A DNA stretch of 64,000 bases, taken from positions 18,958,087-19,022,086 of the forward strand of contig CM119266.1 of assembly GCA_051294375.1 (NCBI GenBank), given 5' to 3'. Positions 26,926-41,043 of the stretch are shown here, in pieces. The notes under the pieces were generated by a model, which worked only from the letters and a program-made list of their open reading frames with translations, was not told the origin of the DNA and did not search any database. Within the stretch, counting starts at the first letter, position 1. Each line of letters starts with the position of its first letter. The DNA comes from Paraspadella gotoi (lineage: Eukaryota > Animalia > Chaetognatha). Both the position numbers and the translations under genes were made by a program.

Positions 26926-27583
26926 ATGATCAGCCGGCAAACCTACAATAAAACAAGTATATATTTCCGTGTCGAAAAAAACCACAGTATAACGACGTAC
27001 TCCCGGGGGAAGAAAATAAACTACGGTATCGAAATGAGAAAAGAATATTTTTTTTAAAAAAAAATAGTGGACAATTAAAATAGTTAGAAATTCCTGCTCC
27101 AGAAGAACAAATTTCGGAACCGATTTCGTAGAGATTAAGAAAAAAACGGAAAATATATATATATATAATATTATTTATATATATAGACTATAGAGACATC
27201 GAAGGAAAGATCGAGTCGCAATCGAAAAACTGCACCGAAATTTTGTTTTTCTTTCTTTTTCCTCAATAAAAAAAAAAACTAGTAAAAAAAAAAACCGGAA
27301 ATGAATAAACAATCTTGACGATCCGCCTTTAAAAAAAGGTGGAGATACGAATGACTCTTGCGCCATCTATCTGTTTCTCCCTCTTTCCCAGCAACCTCGC
27401 CCCCTGGCGCCGAATCTTCCTAAACCAGGTTTGTGTTCTGAAACTCGTTCGGACTTTCGAGTCATTTCGCGTTCTTAGATCCAAACGGACCGGTATTTTT
27501 TTTTATGTTATATTTTGACATATAATCGCCCTCTCTCTCTGCTCTGCTCTCCTCTCGTCGTCTCGTCTCTCTCTCTCATGCTC

Positions 27584-27618
<35 letters not shown>

Positions 27619-27770
27619 GTCTGCAGCCACGAGAGCGAGCTTTATCACTTATTTTGATTAAACAGGTCGGCAATTGGCGCGAAAATGTTTTAAGCGAAGA
27701 TTCAGAATAGAAAAGGTCCCTATGAATTTTCAAATATCGTTTACAATGACATAAAATTCGTCGTGGTCGT

Positions 27771-29124
27771 AGAGAAAGATAGAAAGAAAGAAAGAAAAGA
27801 GAGAGAGAGAGGAGAGAGAGAGGAGATAGAGATATAAATAGGGGGGAAGGAAAGAGAAAGAAAGAAGCACAAATAGAAAGCCGAGAAGAAGAAAGAAAAG
27901 AAGAGAAAGATAAGAGAGGAAGGAGGAACCAACACAAATATAAAAAGAAGAGATGAGAAAGAAAGAAGAAAGAAGAAGAGAAAGAAGAAGAAAAGAGAAA
28001 AAAAAACAATTTGGTGGCTGCACCCCCCCCTCCAGACGAAGGAGAGTAGGCACACCAGATGGACTCACTGGGGTTTTCGCGTAGGGTGACCCTAAGGTGT
28101 GGTTGGCCAACCGTAAAAAAGAGCGCGAACGTATGAAAAGAATATGAATTAAACACTATTAACAAATCCACCCCAACATCTGGGCCATGATCCAACCCTA
28201 AAACCGCTTTAACCATCCCGAACCAACCATCAACCCCCCCAACCCCTAGTGGATATACCGCCCCCCAGGGGGGGCCCCCCCCTCCACCCAAAATAAAATC
28301 GGTTGTTGAACGTGCCCGTCTCCAAAGAACCATTTTATCCCGTTTTTTTCTATTGTAAAAAAGCTGGGAACTTTTATTTGTTTTTGTAATTTATTTAAAA
28401 GAAGGAAAAGAAGAAAATAGAAAAGAAAAAAAAGAAAAAAAAAAAAAACCCGGTTGTGTATTCAACAAACAAAAAAGGAAAGGTAAAGAAAAAAATTTTT
28501 TGGGGACAAATATCTTTTTTTTTTTCTTTTTTTTTTTTAATTTTGTTTTCCCTTCTGCTTTTCGGGGTGGTTCCCCTTTTTTTTTTTTTGGGGTGGGAAA
28601 CGAAAGGTGGGAACAAAATTTTATTAAACTCCGAACGTTTGTGGAACCCGGTTTTCTTTTTTGGGGGTTCGAAAAACCCCTCCCTTCTTCTTCTAACCGA
28701 AATTAAAATCGGGGGTTTCCCCCCTTCCCTTTCTATCCCCGGGAAAAAAAAAATCCCTTCCGTCCCCGTTTTTCACCGGCGGGCGGGTTTCCCACCCAAA
28801 ATCTCGCCCCGGCCCGGCCCGCCCGGGCCCCACTTTTCTTTCCGTTTTCCTTTTTTTTTCCGCGCGTTTTCATTCCCGGTTTTTGAAAAGTGGGTTTTTA
28901 GGGGTCCCGCCCCCGCCTCTTTAAATTTCCCGGCGATTTTTTAGAATTTTCCGGCGGCCGGGCTTTAAGATATAAAAAAGTACGGGTTACGTAAAAAGAG
29001 CAATGAAATGAAAGTAAAGAAAGAGAAAGAAGAGAGAGAGAGATGTAGAGAAAAGATAAGAATAGAAAAGAAAGAAGAAAGAAAGAGAGAGAGAGAGATA
29101 GAGCAGATAAAGAAAGAAACGAAA

Positions 29125-29161
<37 letters not shown>

Positions 29162-29509
29162 GAGCAAGAGAGAAAGAAAAAGAGAAAAGAAAAAAATAAA
29201 AGAAAGCAGAGAAGAGCAAAGAAAGAAACAGAAAAAGAAAGAAGAAAGAAAATAAGATAAAACAAGAAAGAAAGAAAGAAAGAAAGAAAAGCAAAAGAAA
29301 GAAGAAAGAAAGAAAAGAAAAAAAAAGAAAGAACCGAAAGAAAAGAGCAAGAAAAGAAAGAAAGCAGGAGAGAGAGAGAGAGAGAGAAACTGAGATGGTA
29401 CCAACAAATATGTTGGGGAAATATTAGTAGGCAAATATATTTTAAGTATATAAAATAGCGAAAGAGGAACAACGGCGAGAGAAACCGACAACAAAATAGT
29501 ATATTTTCA
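27771..29509. other. Apex/spacer of inverted duplication 1: GAAA-rich tracts around homopolymer-rich, low-quality-looking sequence
   Basis: Not mirrored. 28006-28990 consists of runs of C, G, T and A unlike the rest of the window. Confidence 0.7.
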
Positions 29510-29761
29510 CGACCCACGACGAATTTATGTCATATTGTAAACGATATTTGAAAATTCATAGAGAACTTTTCTATTCTGATGACTTTCCGCTAAGAACATT
29601 TTCGGCCCTGCTCAATTGCCGACCTGTTTAAATCAAATAAGTGATAAAGCTCAGCTCTCAACACGCGGCTGGCAGCGTAAGAGAGATGAGAGAGAAGAGA
29701 AGAGAGAAGAGACGATGAGTAAAGAGAGAGAGAGAGACGAGAGAGAGAGAGAAGAGAAGAC

Positions 29762-29794
<33 letters not shown>

Positions 29795-32700
29795 CGATTA
29801 TATGTCAATATATATATACATATAATAAAAATACCTGGTCCGTTTGGATCTGAAGAACTGCGAAATGCTCGAAGTCGAACGAGTTTCAGAACATCGAAAC
29901 CTGGTTTAGGAAGTATTCGGCGCCAGGGGCGAGGTTGCTTTGGAAATTGAGGGAGAAACAGATAGAATGGCTAGCAAAGTAGTCTTTCGTATCATCACCA
30001 ACATTATTTTAAAGTGAAGGATCGTCAAGATTGTTTATAATCATTTCCTGGTTTTTTTTTTTAGCTAGTTTTTTTTTTATAAATTAGAGGAAAAAGAAAG
30101 AAAACAAAATTTGCGGTGCACCGCTTTTTTTCCGACTTGCCGAAAAACTGGCGGGCAAATATTCTTTTTTTCTCTTTCGATGTCTCTATAGTCTATATGA
30201 TATAAATAGAGTTATTTATTATAGATATATTAAATTTTGGTTAATAAATAGCCCGGAGAAAGATGGGTTTCCTAGTACCCGTTTTTTTCTTAATCTCTTA
30301 CGTAATTCGGTCTCGAAATTTTGTTCGTGCTGCAAGAAATAAGGGCAGCTTGGAAAGAATAATAAATCATAAAAACTATATATTAATATAGAAAATCATT
30401 TTTTTTTAAAAAAATATTCTTTTTTTTCTCTGAGGTTTCTGATAACCTTAAACCTCTCTTAAAGATTGTAAGGTATTTATTTTTCTCTCCATCTCTTTCT
30501 CCTCTCCCCTGGGGAGTTTTTTTAACGTCGTTTGATTACTGGCTAGGATTATTTTTCCGACAATCCGTCTTTTTTTTTTGAAAATTATTTATTACTATGT
30601 TCTTCATTGCTAGGTTTCCTGTGCCTTTGGTTCTGATCATATTTCTCCGACGCAATTTGTGACGTTTTTCGTCGTCGGACGGGAGGAAATTTTATTACTC
30701 GTAAATCAATCAGGATCGATGGGTGGCGGGCTATCGTATTCCTTTCTCGTTGACGATTATATAGTTATGGATAATAATAGTAAGGACGATTTTAAAGTTT
30801 TCGGAAAATATAAGGAGAAGAACCAAACCAAGATCATTTGCATTTTCCTTGAGTAAAGAGTAGGTATGAAGAAACGACGTTTTTTGTAGGAGAGTGATGA
30901 GATGAGAGAGAGAGAGAGTATGAGTTTGTAGTATGAGTTATGAGATTTGTATGTATTTTTGATAGTAGAGAGAGATGAGATTTGTTAGTAGTTAGAGATT
31001 CTGCGTGTGTAGTTTTTTTTTCTCTCTTTCAACGGACTTTATTTTGACAAAAAAATAAAAAGATAAAATGGAGTTTTGGAGAAATCACGCGAATTACTAC
31101 TTATTTTTATATTTTTATCATTCTCTTTGCCTCCGATCGTCTTGAGTAGAGAAATATAAAATATGAAAGAAATGCCCGTCTCTCCTTTCCGTTCTCTGTA
31201 TTTTTCTATTAGCATGAGAATAAAATCTGTAAATATCTTTTATGTTCAACATAATACCTATTACATATTTCTTGATATGATATTTGCTTTTTTTATAGAT
31301 AAAATGTTTTTTATATTCTCAATTTTTATATTATCCTTTTTGTTCATTTTTTCTTAAACTTTTTTTTATTTCTGCGTTCGAACGACGTACGGAAGGAAAT
31401 CTTTTTAAAAAAAAATAGCTGAAAAATGGGGGTTTAAAACGTTCTGGCGCCTGAGAAGCGATTGATGGTGTATGTTAATTTGCGTGATAACTGGTGTTGT
31501 GATACTTGGTGGAGAGTTTTTTGGAGCTGTGATTTGGTCTTGACGTGTAACGCAACTATATAGGCATGAAGGTGGGTGAGGTAGGAAGTAAGAGTGTCTA
31601 ATTGCAATGTGGTCCCGCCCCAGTAATTTCCACACGAAAAAGGTTAGAAAAAACAAAAGTTAAAAAAATTATTCAAAATCCCCAAATTAGATCGTAACCC
31701 GGTCGCGCGGGGGGTTTGAAGGGGGTGGTCGTAAGGGGTCGAGTGATACCGCTCCCGCGCCGACTCTGGTTTATATCCGAGGTAGAGCGGAAAGGATGCA
31801 ATATGTATACGATGATGATTGAAAAGAGTTCGGAGGGCGAGAGGATATGGGAGTGCTGGAAGCAGGGGGCAGAAGGGTTTCGCTTTATTAAAATGAGATC
31901 CAGTTGAAGATGAAGGGGGGGAAGGGTGTCTGGAAGATATCTCTGGCGAGTTAGAGAGTGGCGCCGAGGTTGTGAGAGTCGAGACTCAAAACGACATTCA
32001 GTGTGTGTCTGACTTTTTCATCATCCCGCGAGAGCAAAAGAGAAGAGAGAGAGAGAGAGAGAAAGAGAAGAGTGAAGCAGAGTACACAGGACGAAAATTT
32101 TTTATTTTTTATGAGGGAGAAGAAGTAAGCTTAACGAAAATGTAAATAAAACCTTCCTATTTTTTTTTCTTCTTTTTTTTGCGGGGTCGATTCTCGGTTT
32201 TTTTTTTTTTGTCGTCGTCGCGTCGTCTCGTTAAATATGATCAACTCTTGATCAGAACTCGAGCCTATTTTGTTCGGATAATTTAAAGAAGTTTTGCCAT
32301 TTTAGTTCAATTCTTTGAAAAAAAAAAAGTAATTTATTGCTTGTTGTTTGGCTAATGAATTCAAGTTTCACTAGTAACGTCTCGAGCATTTGTATCCAAA
32401 TTCGTTTAGCTATGTGCGGCATATTGTTATATACTTTCATGGGGTCAGATGGTTGGGATTTTCTTGGCAAAGTGGCAATTCGCAATTAACAAGATTAAGC
32501 GGTATTAACAAGATGTAGCCAACTCCAAGATTAGAGCTGTTGTCGATTTCATTAAGTGACTTATTATATAAATATAATTTTATAACAAATCGGCGGTATG
32601 ATCCGATCGCCCGCTTCAATCTTCCATCCGGTTTTTCTAAACAATTTTAATATATGTTGTGCGAAAATATTATTCCAAGCTTTCGTTTTTCTAGGACGCC

Positions 32701-33119
32701 AAACTTTTTTTTTCAAAAAAAAACAAAACAAAATCACTTTTTTTCTGTTTGTTTTTTTCTTGAAATTAAATTTTACCGCGTTTCGAAATTGTCCGTGAGA
32801 ATTAAGTGAAAGAGATTAACAAATGAACAGCTTAACATTTGAATCGTGAGTTTAAGGTGGCAGTGTTTGTTTCTTGTTACTTAAGTTTTTTTAAAGGCGA
32901 GAAAGGGATTTAAATCGCAGAGAGTCCGGAGCAGCTGAAAGTTTTTATTTTCTTATTTTCGAACTTAACATTTTGGATAAAAAAAGACAGAAAATTTAAA
33001 ATTTAATTAATCAAACTTGAAGAGAATCTCGACCATTCTTATAAATTTGGAAGAAAGAAGAAAAAAATTGATGGAGTTTCATTTTCTCAGGTTTTTTTTT
33101 TTTTTTACGGATTCGTTCA

Positions 33120-33161
<42 letters not shown>

Positions 33162-33266
33162 AGAAGGAGAGAGAGAGAGAGAAGAGAGAAGAGAGAGAGA
33201 GAGAGAGAGAGACGAGAATGTCCGGAAGGCAGGTTACATGCAGAAAAAAAAAATGGAGCGGAAAGG

Positions 33267-33319
<53 letters not shown>

Positions 33320-35389
33320 GAGAGAGAGAGAGAGATAGAAGAGGAGAGAAGAGAGAGAAGAGAGAGAGAGAGAATGTCCGGAGAGGTGCGTACGGCATTT
33401 TTAATTGCAACGTTGGTGCAGAGATGACGGTGAGAGATGAGGGAAAGACATAGGAAAGGTGAGAAGGTAAGTCCGAGACAGAGTGACATAGAGACGGAAC
33501 AAACCCTTTAACTATGTAGAGAAGACGGACGATGACAGAGGCCAAGAAAAATGCCCGAAGATATGGACTCGGGGAGGGGGAGAGGGAAACATCGGTTTTT
33601 CGGACGAAATAATCCCTACAATCTGGTACGACTAATCCAAAAGCAAAAAGCATTGCTCCCACTGCTTCGCCCGCCAATGGGGACCTGCGCGGACGTCTCC
33701 CTCTCTTTCTTCTTCCGCCTCGGGCTCTACCGTCTTCTCTTTGACGCCTCGGGGGAGGATTAAACCAACATGCAAAGACTCTGCCCTTCAGTTCCGAATC
33801 CTTAGCCAGAAAAATAGTAACAGATTCTCATGAGAGACTTGAATCAATTAAGGGGACGCTACATATTCTTCTCTCTTTCTCTCTATCTCTCTCTTTTCTC
33901 TACGTTCTCTCTCATTTTCTCTATAATTAGAATTCGTCAGAGAGATTTTTTAATACTGAGAGAGAGAAAAAAAAAAGAAATATAGAAAGAAGAAAGAAAG
34001 AATGAAATAAAAAGAAAGAGGTCGCTATGATATTTTTTTCTCACAGTCGAATTCCTTTTATGGGTCTCATGTTCCTGGGAGGGGACGTTTACGAGTTATG
34101 ACTCGACCCGGGGACAACCCGAGTAATCCAGGGCCGCCTCTTCCTACTCTTTTGGCCTGCTGAGACGCTTCTTTGCCTCAACTCTCAATCTTTAGTGGTA
34201 CTTTAGATGATCAAGGACCATCTGTTCTATCTCTCTCTCTTCTCTGACCCTTCTTCTCATAATTAAATCCTTTTCTTTTTTCACTTACATCCGTATCATA
34301 TTCACCATCATTTTATCATTATCATTATCGATTTTATCATTATCATTATCGCTTTTTCTAACTTTGTTCAATCTACTGAATTCAACTTTCGACCTCAAAA
34401 ATTAGTCAATGTTGACACGAAATCAAAATAACCAGGATGGTTACAATAAGATTACATAGAATATTACAAACTTACTATTTAAAAACGAATCTTGACCATA
34501 TAGATAATTAATGTCAGATTCAGTGGGCATGAAAGGAAAGACAAATTAGTGATATCTGGTTTTTTGGGGTTCATCACGACAGTGAATTGCCCGGCAGAGG
34601 GCGGAGTCCGTTTCGGGGGAGAAAAAAGAACACAAGCTTTTAAAAAAATCGTAGTTTACGACAATTAATTAAACTTAATAATCAGGACGATAAAAAAAAA
34701 ATTTATAATTTTTTCAAAAATCATGACTCGTAACTTTTCTCCGAAAGTTACAAAAAAAAAAAGGGAAAAGGGACTGATTTTATTTTCCCACAGAAAAAAG
34801 GAGATATATTCATAAATGGCACATACATCCAGTCAAAGATAGGTTTTTTCAGGAAAAAAAGTAAAATAAAAAAAGTTGATGTTGAATAGAGAAGAACGAC
34901 AGAACCGAGTTTTTGAGTGGGAGCACTTTAATAAAAAAAAAAGAGAGTGACAATAAAATTTGTAACGAAAAAAAAAAAAGTATATTAGAGACGTCTAGAA
35001 AACTAAACACACGCGATAGAGTCATACGCGCAAATGTCCCGCTCGCAATAAAATCAAATTTCTTGATATGACAAGCTACTTTTTTAAGCACCACCACGAA
35101 GGAAGTTTTAAATAGAAATTAACAAAAATATCATATTTTCTCGTTTATTTTTATTCTTTCGCTTGGCGATACCTAAAGGTATAAGCTAAGGATCCAAACT
35201 TTCATCTCCAGTCAGAGTCAAGAGTTCGAGTTTGTCTTTAAGAAAAGATTGTCTGAACTCTTAAGGTCGATTTCATTTTGGAAACACCTATTCTTAGCTT
35301 ATCGCGTGTTCATCTCTCGTTGAAATATGCAAATGAGGAAATTGGCTTTTATTGGAGAGAGTGGGAAGGATAGAGAGTGAGGAGAGAGA

Positions 35390-35435
<46 letters not shown>

Positions 35436-38400
35436 GAGAGGAAGGAGAGAGATGAGGAGAGAACAAAAAAAAACTTAAGAGGTTTGTTCCTTTGGGGGAA
35501 TTTGGAAAACGAAAACCGACGGAGGCGTGACCTGATCGAGGAAGCGGGCGACGGGGGGGGACAATAGAGCGGTCTGCGGAAGCGGGCAACGTGAACGATC
35601 TGACTGCGGTAACGCGTCTGCGCAAGCGGGCAACGGAAGCGGGCAAAAGGGAGCATCGAACGTTTTCGGAAATCGTGCTTGGCGGAAATGACTCACGAAC
35701 AAACCGGCCATCCTCAATATTTTAATACGGATGACAATTTATTATTTCAATAATATTGTATGCGTAAATCCTAAAACCTGCTGCCAGAGTTCATTTCCAT
35801 CTCTTCTCTCTCTCAGTTGACTCTCATTCCACACTAAACATTCCGACTTTTTCCCTCCACGTGACCTTACGAAAGTGCATCTGTACTTTACTTTTACTTT
35901 TTTCTATTTCTTAATTTCTTTTAAATACAAATTATCTAATGATGAATATAAATTTAAAATGACTCAACTAATAAACAAATAACTTAATTTAATTAGCTTA
36001 AAATTAACTAAAACTTAAAATAAATTAACCTATTAATTTTTGATGCGTTAGAACGTGCCTTATTAAGATTTTACCTTGGTGTTCTTCCAGATAGTGTCTC
36101 TCAGATTTATATGATTCCAGAGACAGTATATTCGTACTTTTTCGCAATACAAAACTATTATCTCGTCCTGATTTCAAACTTAAGTCGTTAATTTCTTAAT
36201 TCTGGTCCTTGACAAAAGCTGTTATTTATGATTCCTACGAGTTTATGTGTTATGACTATATTAAATGATGATTATCTTAACCTTCTTCTGCACATCCTTT
36301 TCTTCATTTAGTACTCACTTTATACTCTATGCCATCTCCATACAATATTACATTTCACTATTCCCCACCTTGTTCCACAACCCTACCTACCCTCCCCTTC
36401 CTCACTTCCGTGCCCCAAAGGACCATGTGCAAGGGTCAGCGCTTTTCGCACCGGAAGTTTTTTCCCGGAGAAACATCATCCGCACGCGATTTCCTTTTTG
36501 TGTCGAGATTCGCAGATAAAGTGCGAAAAAAAACAAACAACAAAACAAAAAAAACCAAAGTGGAGATGAAAGATCGAAGACTGATCTCGACTTTTGGACA
36601 CAGATCGAATTGAAAAGTGAAAGAGGGAGAATAAAAAGTAGCCTTATTATCCCAAAGCGTTTCCTTTCGTCTTTAAGAATTAAATTAGCTTTTGAGTTGT
36701 GGATAAGGCGCTAAGTGGCTGAAGATGACTATCCATAAGTTCTATAGGCCCCGTCTAGCAGCCATGGAACGGATCCTGGACTTGGAACCAGGCCTGAGGG
36801 TTTGCCCCACGCCCAAGGCGGCTCACGGCCGTCCTCTCACGCTTCCCAACCCGGTACCTAGGGGTCATGAGCTCATGGTTAAGGCCAGGATTAAGAATTA
36901 GGGTTAGGATTCGTCTTTTAGGTGAGAAATCAGAGATGAGTGGCTGATATTAATAGTTAGGCATTAAGTTTTACATTTTGTAATAAGTTAAGGTTAAATA
37001 TTATAAGGTTAAAATCAAGTTCAGTGATTAAGAAAAGCCTAAAGCAGCCTAAAATGATACACGAATTAAGTTTTTTGGTTGTTCTTACTTTGTTTTTTTG
37101 TTTTTTTGTTGTTTTTTATCAATTTTTCAAATGAAGAACGAAAAGGAGGCCAGGCGCGAATACGATTTGCCACCATAAACACCAATGACTTCGTTCAACA
37201 TTTGACTAAATCATCGAATCACAATTTCGGTTTATGAGCGAAACGAGATTAATTCTGTCGTAACTTGCTCGGAGGGAGAGGGACGGGGGGGGGGGAGAAG
37301 GTGTTTTTTGAGAATGGTGGTTGGATAGAGTTGAAGGGTTGGTGTGGGAGATCGAAATTTAATTCCGAAAAACAAAAATTAGGTGAAGAGGTGAGAGTTT
37401 TAAGATTCGATTCGCGAGTAAAATTATCAATTCGGATCTCTGATCCAAGTTTTAACTGAACAATGTTGTTTTTTTGGTTTTGTTTTATTATTTTATTTAC
37501 GAAATATTACTTGTCTTTTATTTTTTCCTTTTATATTTCCTCTCGCCCCTTTGATCCCTCTTCCCTCTTCTATTAATCCGCTCTCTTTCAAGCTCACCCC
37601 CTTTTAATAAATATCCTCGTCCAGCGGCAACAATCCTAATTTAATGTTAAGTCACTTCTCTCTTCTCTCTCTGGCGTCGTTACAATTATTTGTTTTGGGG
37701 TTCGCTTTTGTAGAAAATCTTGTTAACCCTCACCTCGGCGCTACTTATTGTGGTTACGAAAACAACGATATCGTACTGAAGGAAAACAACAACACAAACC
37801 GGTCAAAGACCGGAGAAAAAATAACTTTTTTTACTGATTAAATGGATAATTTTTTATAATGGTTGTACCAATTTCAGAAAAAAAAAGAATTAATTAATTT
37901 GACAATGTAGACAAAGAAACGAAAAATCAAAAAAGAAATATACGACGAAAGCAGAAACAAAGAAAACAAAGAGACAACGGACATCGAAGAACAAGGATTA
38001 GAAGGACAACAAAATCAACGACAACCGAAGACAGGGATTAGAAGGACAATAAAATCAACGACAACGAAGACAAGGATTAGAAGAAAACAAAATTAACGAC
38101 ATCACATTGCACAAATTTGTCTGCATCATCACCAAAATTTTCTGCATCATTGCCAGATTTTCTGTATCATCGATAGATTTTCTGAATCATCGATAGATTT
38201 GCTGAATCATCGATAAGATTTCGCTGCATCATTGCCAGATTTACGTTGTTTTATTGCCATAGATTGATGCATTATCACGAAATTTGTTGCATCATCCGCC
38301 AAATTTACTGCATCACGCCGTATTTACTGCATCAGCGACAGCAAAGCTTCAATGTCAAACACTCATGTAATAAAACGTCGTTATTGGTTTTGTTTACTCT

Positions 38401-41006
38401 TGACGAAACAGACGTTTTTAATTCCAACTCACTTGAATTGTTCATCGGTATGCATAATCCGTCTCTCTCTCTTCCCCCAGCGTAAAAAGAAAAAAACGTT
38501 AAAACTGTTAAAGATTTGGAAAATCTCGAACCTTATTTATTAAAAAAAAAATTAAAAATTTGCAATTCGAGGGGAGAAAGGAGAGGGAGAGGGAGAGAGA
38601 GAGGAATAGGGAAGAGAGAAGAGAAGAGAGGAGAGGGAGAGAGAGAAGAGAGAGAGAGAAGGAGTAGGAGAAGTGGAGAAGAGAGAAAGGAGGCGAGGAT
38701 GAGCCAGAGAGATAGGGAAGAGAAGATAGGAGAGAGAAGATAGGGTAGAGGGAGGAGGGGAGTGAGGAGACGACGAGAAAGGCACGAGAGAGCATAGAGA
38801 GGAGAGGGAGAGAGAGAAGAGAGAGAGAGAGAGAGAAGAGAAAATGAGAGAAGAGAGAACAGAAACACGAGAGATAGGCGAGAGAGAGGAGATAGGCGAG
38901 AGGGCGAGAGGAGAGAGATGAGACGAGAGGAGATAAGGGAGAGGGAGAGAGAAATAGGGAGAGGGGAGAGAGAGAGGAGAAAGAGAGAGAGAGAGAGAGA
39001 GAGAGATAGGAGATCTCTTATCGCATAATGTGCTCTCTTTTCCGACTTAACCTTTCGTAAAAATCAATGGCGTCATTTTCAACCTTTCTTGGTCAAAAAA
39101 ACGAGGGTTTAACAGATTCAAAAGTTCTCTCCCTCATCGTGCGAACGACGACGGACGCTGAACGACGCGACGACGACGAGACGACGACGACAGACGACGA
39201 CGACGGACGGACGACGACGGACGAGACGAACATCCGACGACACAAATGAGAAAAAAAAGAGGTCCATTCCTGAGGCCGTTAAAATTTTGACATTTGTTCA
39301 AGTCGGTTATCGTCGTCGATAAATGAGTCTCCAACGAACTTAAAACTACATTTCAAACCATTCGCTCCTTCAACACGTAAACTCTCTTCGCGCCAACAAG
39401 CCCGCCTCCTCCTCCCCAATCCGGCCCACTGCGTTGATAAACGGCTTGTCAGATCCTCTACTTTGGCGGCCTAAACTTCCCCCCGATTTCTCTACGCTAC
39501 TTTCATTCTCAACTCTTTACCACAAATGTTTGCTCAGTATTAATTTATCTTTTTTTAAAATTCTATATTAACTTTTAACTTTGACACTTTTCACTCTACT
39601 TCCACGATTTTTCGTTCTCTTCGTTCCTGAATCAAAACTCGAAAAGAAATCGATTTAACTCGGTTTCTTCAACACAAACTTATTTTTTTGTTTTCTTCAT
39701 ATTATAATTTCGGTTTTACTTTCACCTGACTTCTAATCAATTTGGCCCCCGAATCGGCTTCGGCAGGAATTTGGCTCAATTTATTCTTAGCGCCTTTTTT
39801 TTCATCTGGATTCTCATACTGTCGCCCCCCTTCTCCCCTCTCTATTCATCTTCCCTCCTCTACTTCTCCTCCCTTCATCATGATTCTCCCCTCTCCCTCC
39901 TCCTTCATCTCCCTCTCCCTCTCCTTCATCATCATCTCCCTTCTCCTTCAATCATCTTATCTCCCTCTCCTCTCCTTCATCATCTCCCTCTTCCTCTCAC
40001 TCTCTTCCTCTTCATTCGCTTTTCCCCCTTCATCGTATTTTTCGTGTACCAAAAAATCAAACCTTCCATCGATATATTTAGGATTTCATCTCTAACTCAC
40101 TTCACCAACCAATTCCACATCCAACAATCGACATCGGCTCTTTCTTTCTTCAGCATTTGCCTTTGAAATTTCCTTATTTTTTGGGGGATTAATCATTAAA
40201 GAAAAAATGTTAAGGACCAAATGTTGGAAAATAAATAAGGCCGCTTTTTGCATTTTCTTTGATTCCTTTTAATGTAAGATCAAAAAGGTATGTCTTTGAA
40301 AAAAATTTGTCGATTTTGTTTATTTATAATATACTGAAACCATATTTTTAAATCCATCTTGCCGCTTTTGTCGCCATGATGCTTTTGTGGCAAGTTTGTT
40401 CTAGTCTGTCATCTAACGACTTCAAAAAAAAAAAGGGGGTTAAAAGTTCAAGTTTCCACTCTTCTTCAACCCATTCCTCTTCCTCTCTGAATCTAAGGTC
40501 GGCGCCAGGGGACCAATGACAACGACGCTCGGACTCGACGCCCACACGATAAATCGTCAAACGTAAAGAGGACGCAAATCTCCAGTTCGCCGACCGCTAC
40601 ACCGCTGAACCAAGGATTTGGCCCGAGAGCATTTCTCGTAGGACACGAAGGTAGGTACCAGTCCTGTGCAAAAAAAGAGGGACACTCTTAAAAATATGGT
40701 CATTTTCTTACTGTCTATACTCTGTTTGAAGTAGTACTAAATCATTGCTTATGGATGGACTCTAAATTGTAACCAAATTTAACCTCAAAGGAACTAACAA
40801 AATTTATTCGAGCAATGTTTCAAGTTGTCTTTTTTTTTTGCACAGGGCTTAAGCTTGCCCTCTGGGCCCTTCCTTGCCTGACCGGTCTATTTTGGTCAGG
40901 TCGTTTTGGGCGGTGAAAAAGTGAAGAAGATGAGAGGGAAAGAACGTTGCTGTATGAAGTTAAAGGGGAGGAATCGGGTTGGGAGAAGAGAGAGAGAGAG
41001 AGGGAC

Positions 41007-41043
<37 letters not shown>

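Noticed and set aside
33460-33860. Apparent paralogue or pseudogene of the 24194-24607 ORF
   Set aside because: It is the mirror copy inside the probable false duplication; the frameshifts fit read error.
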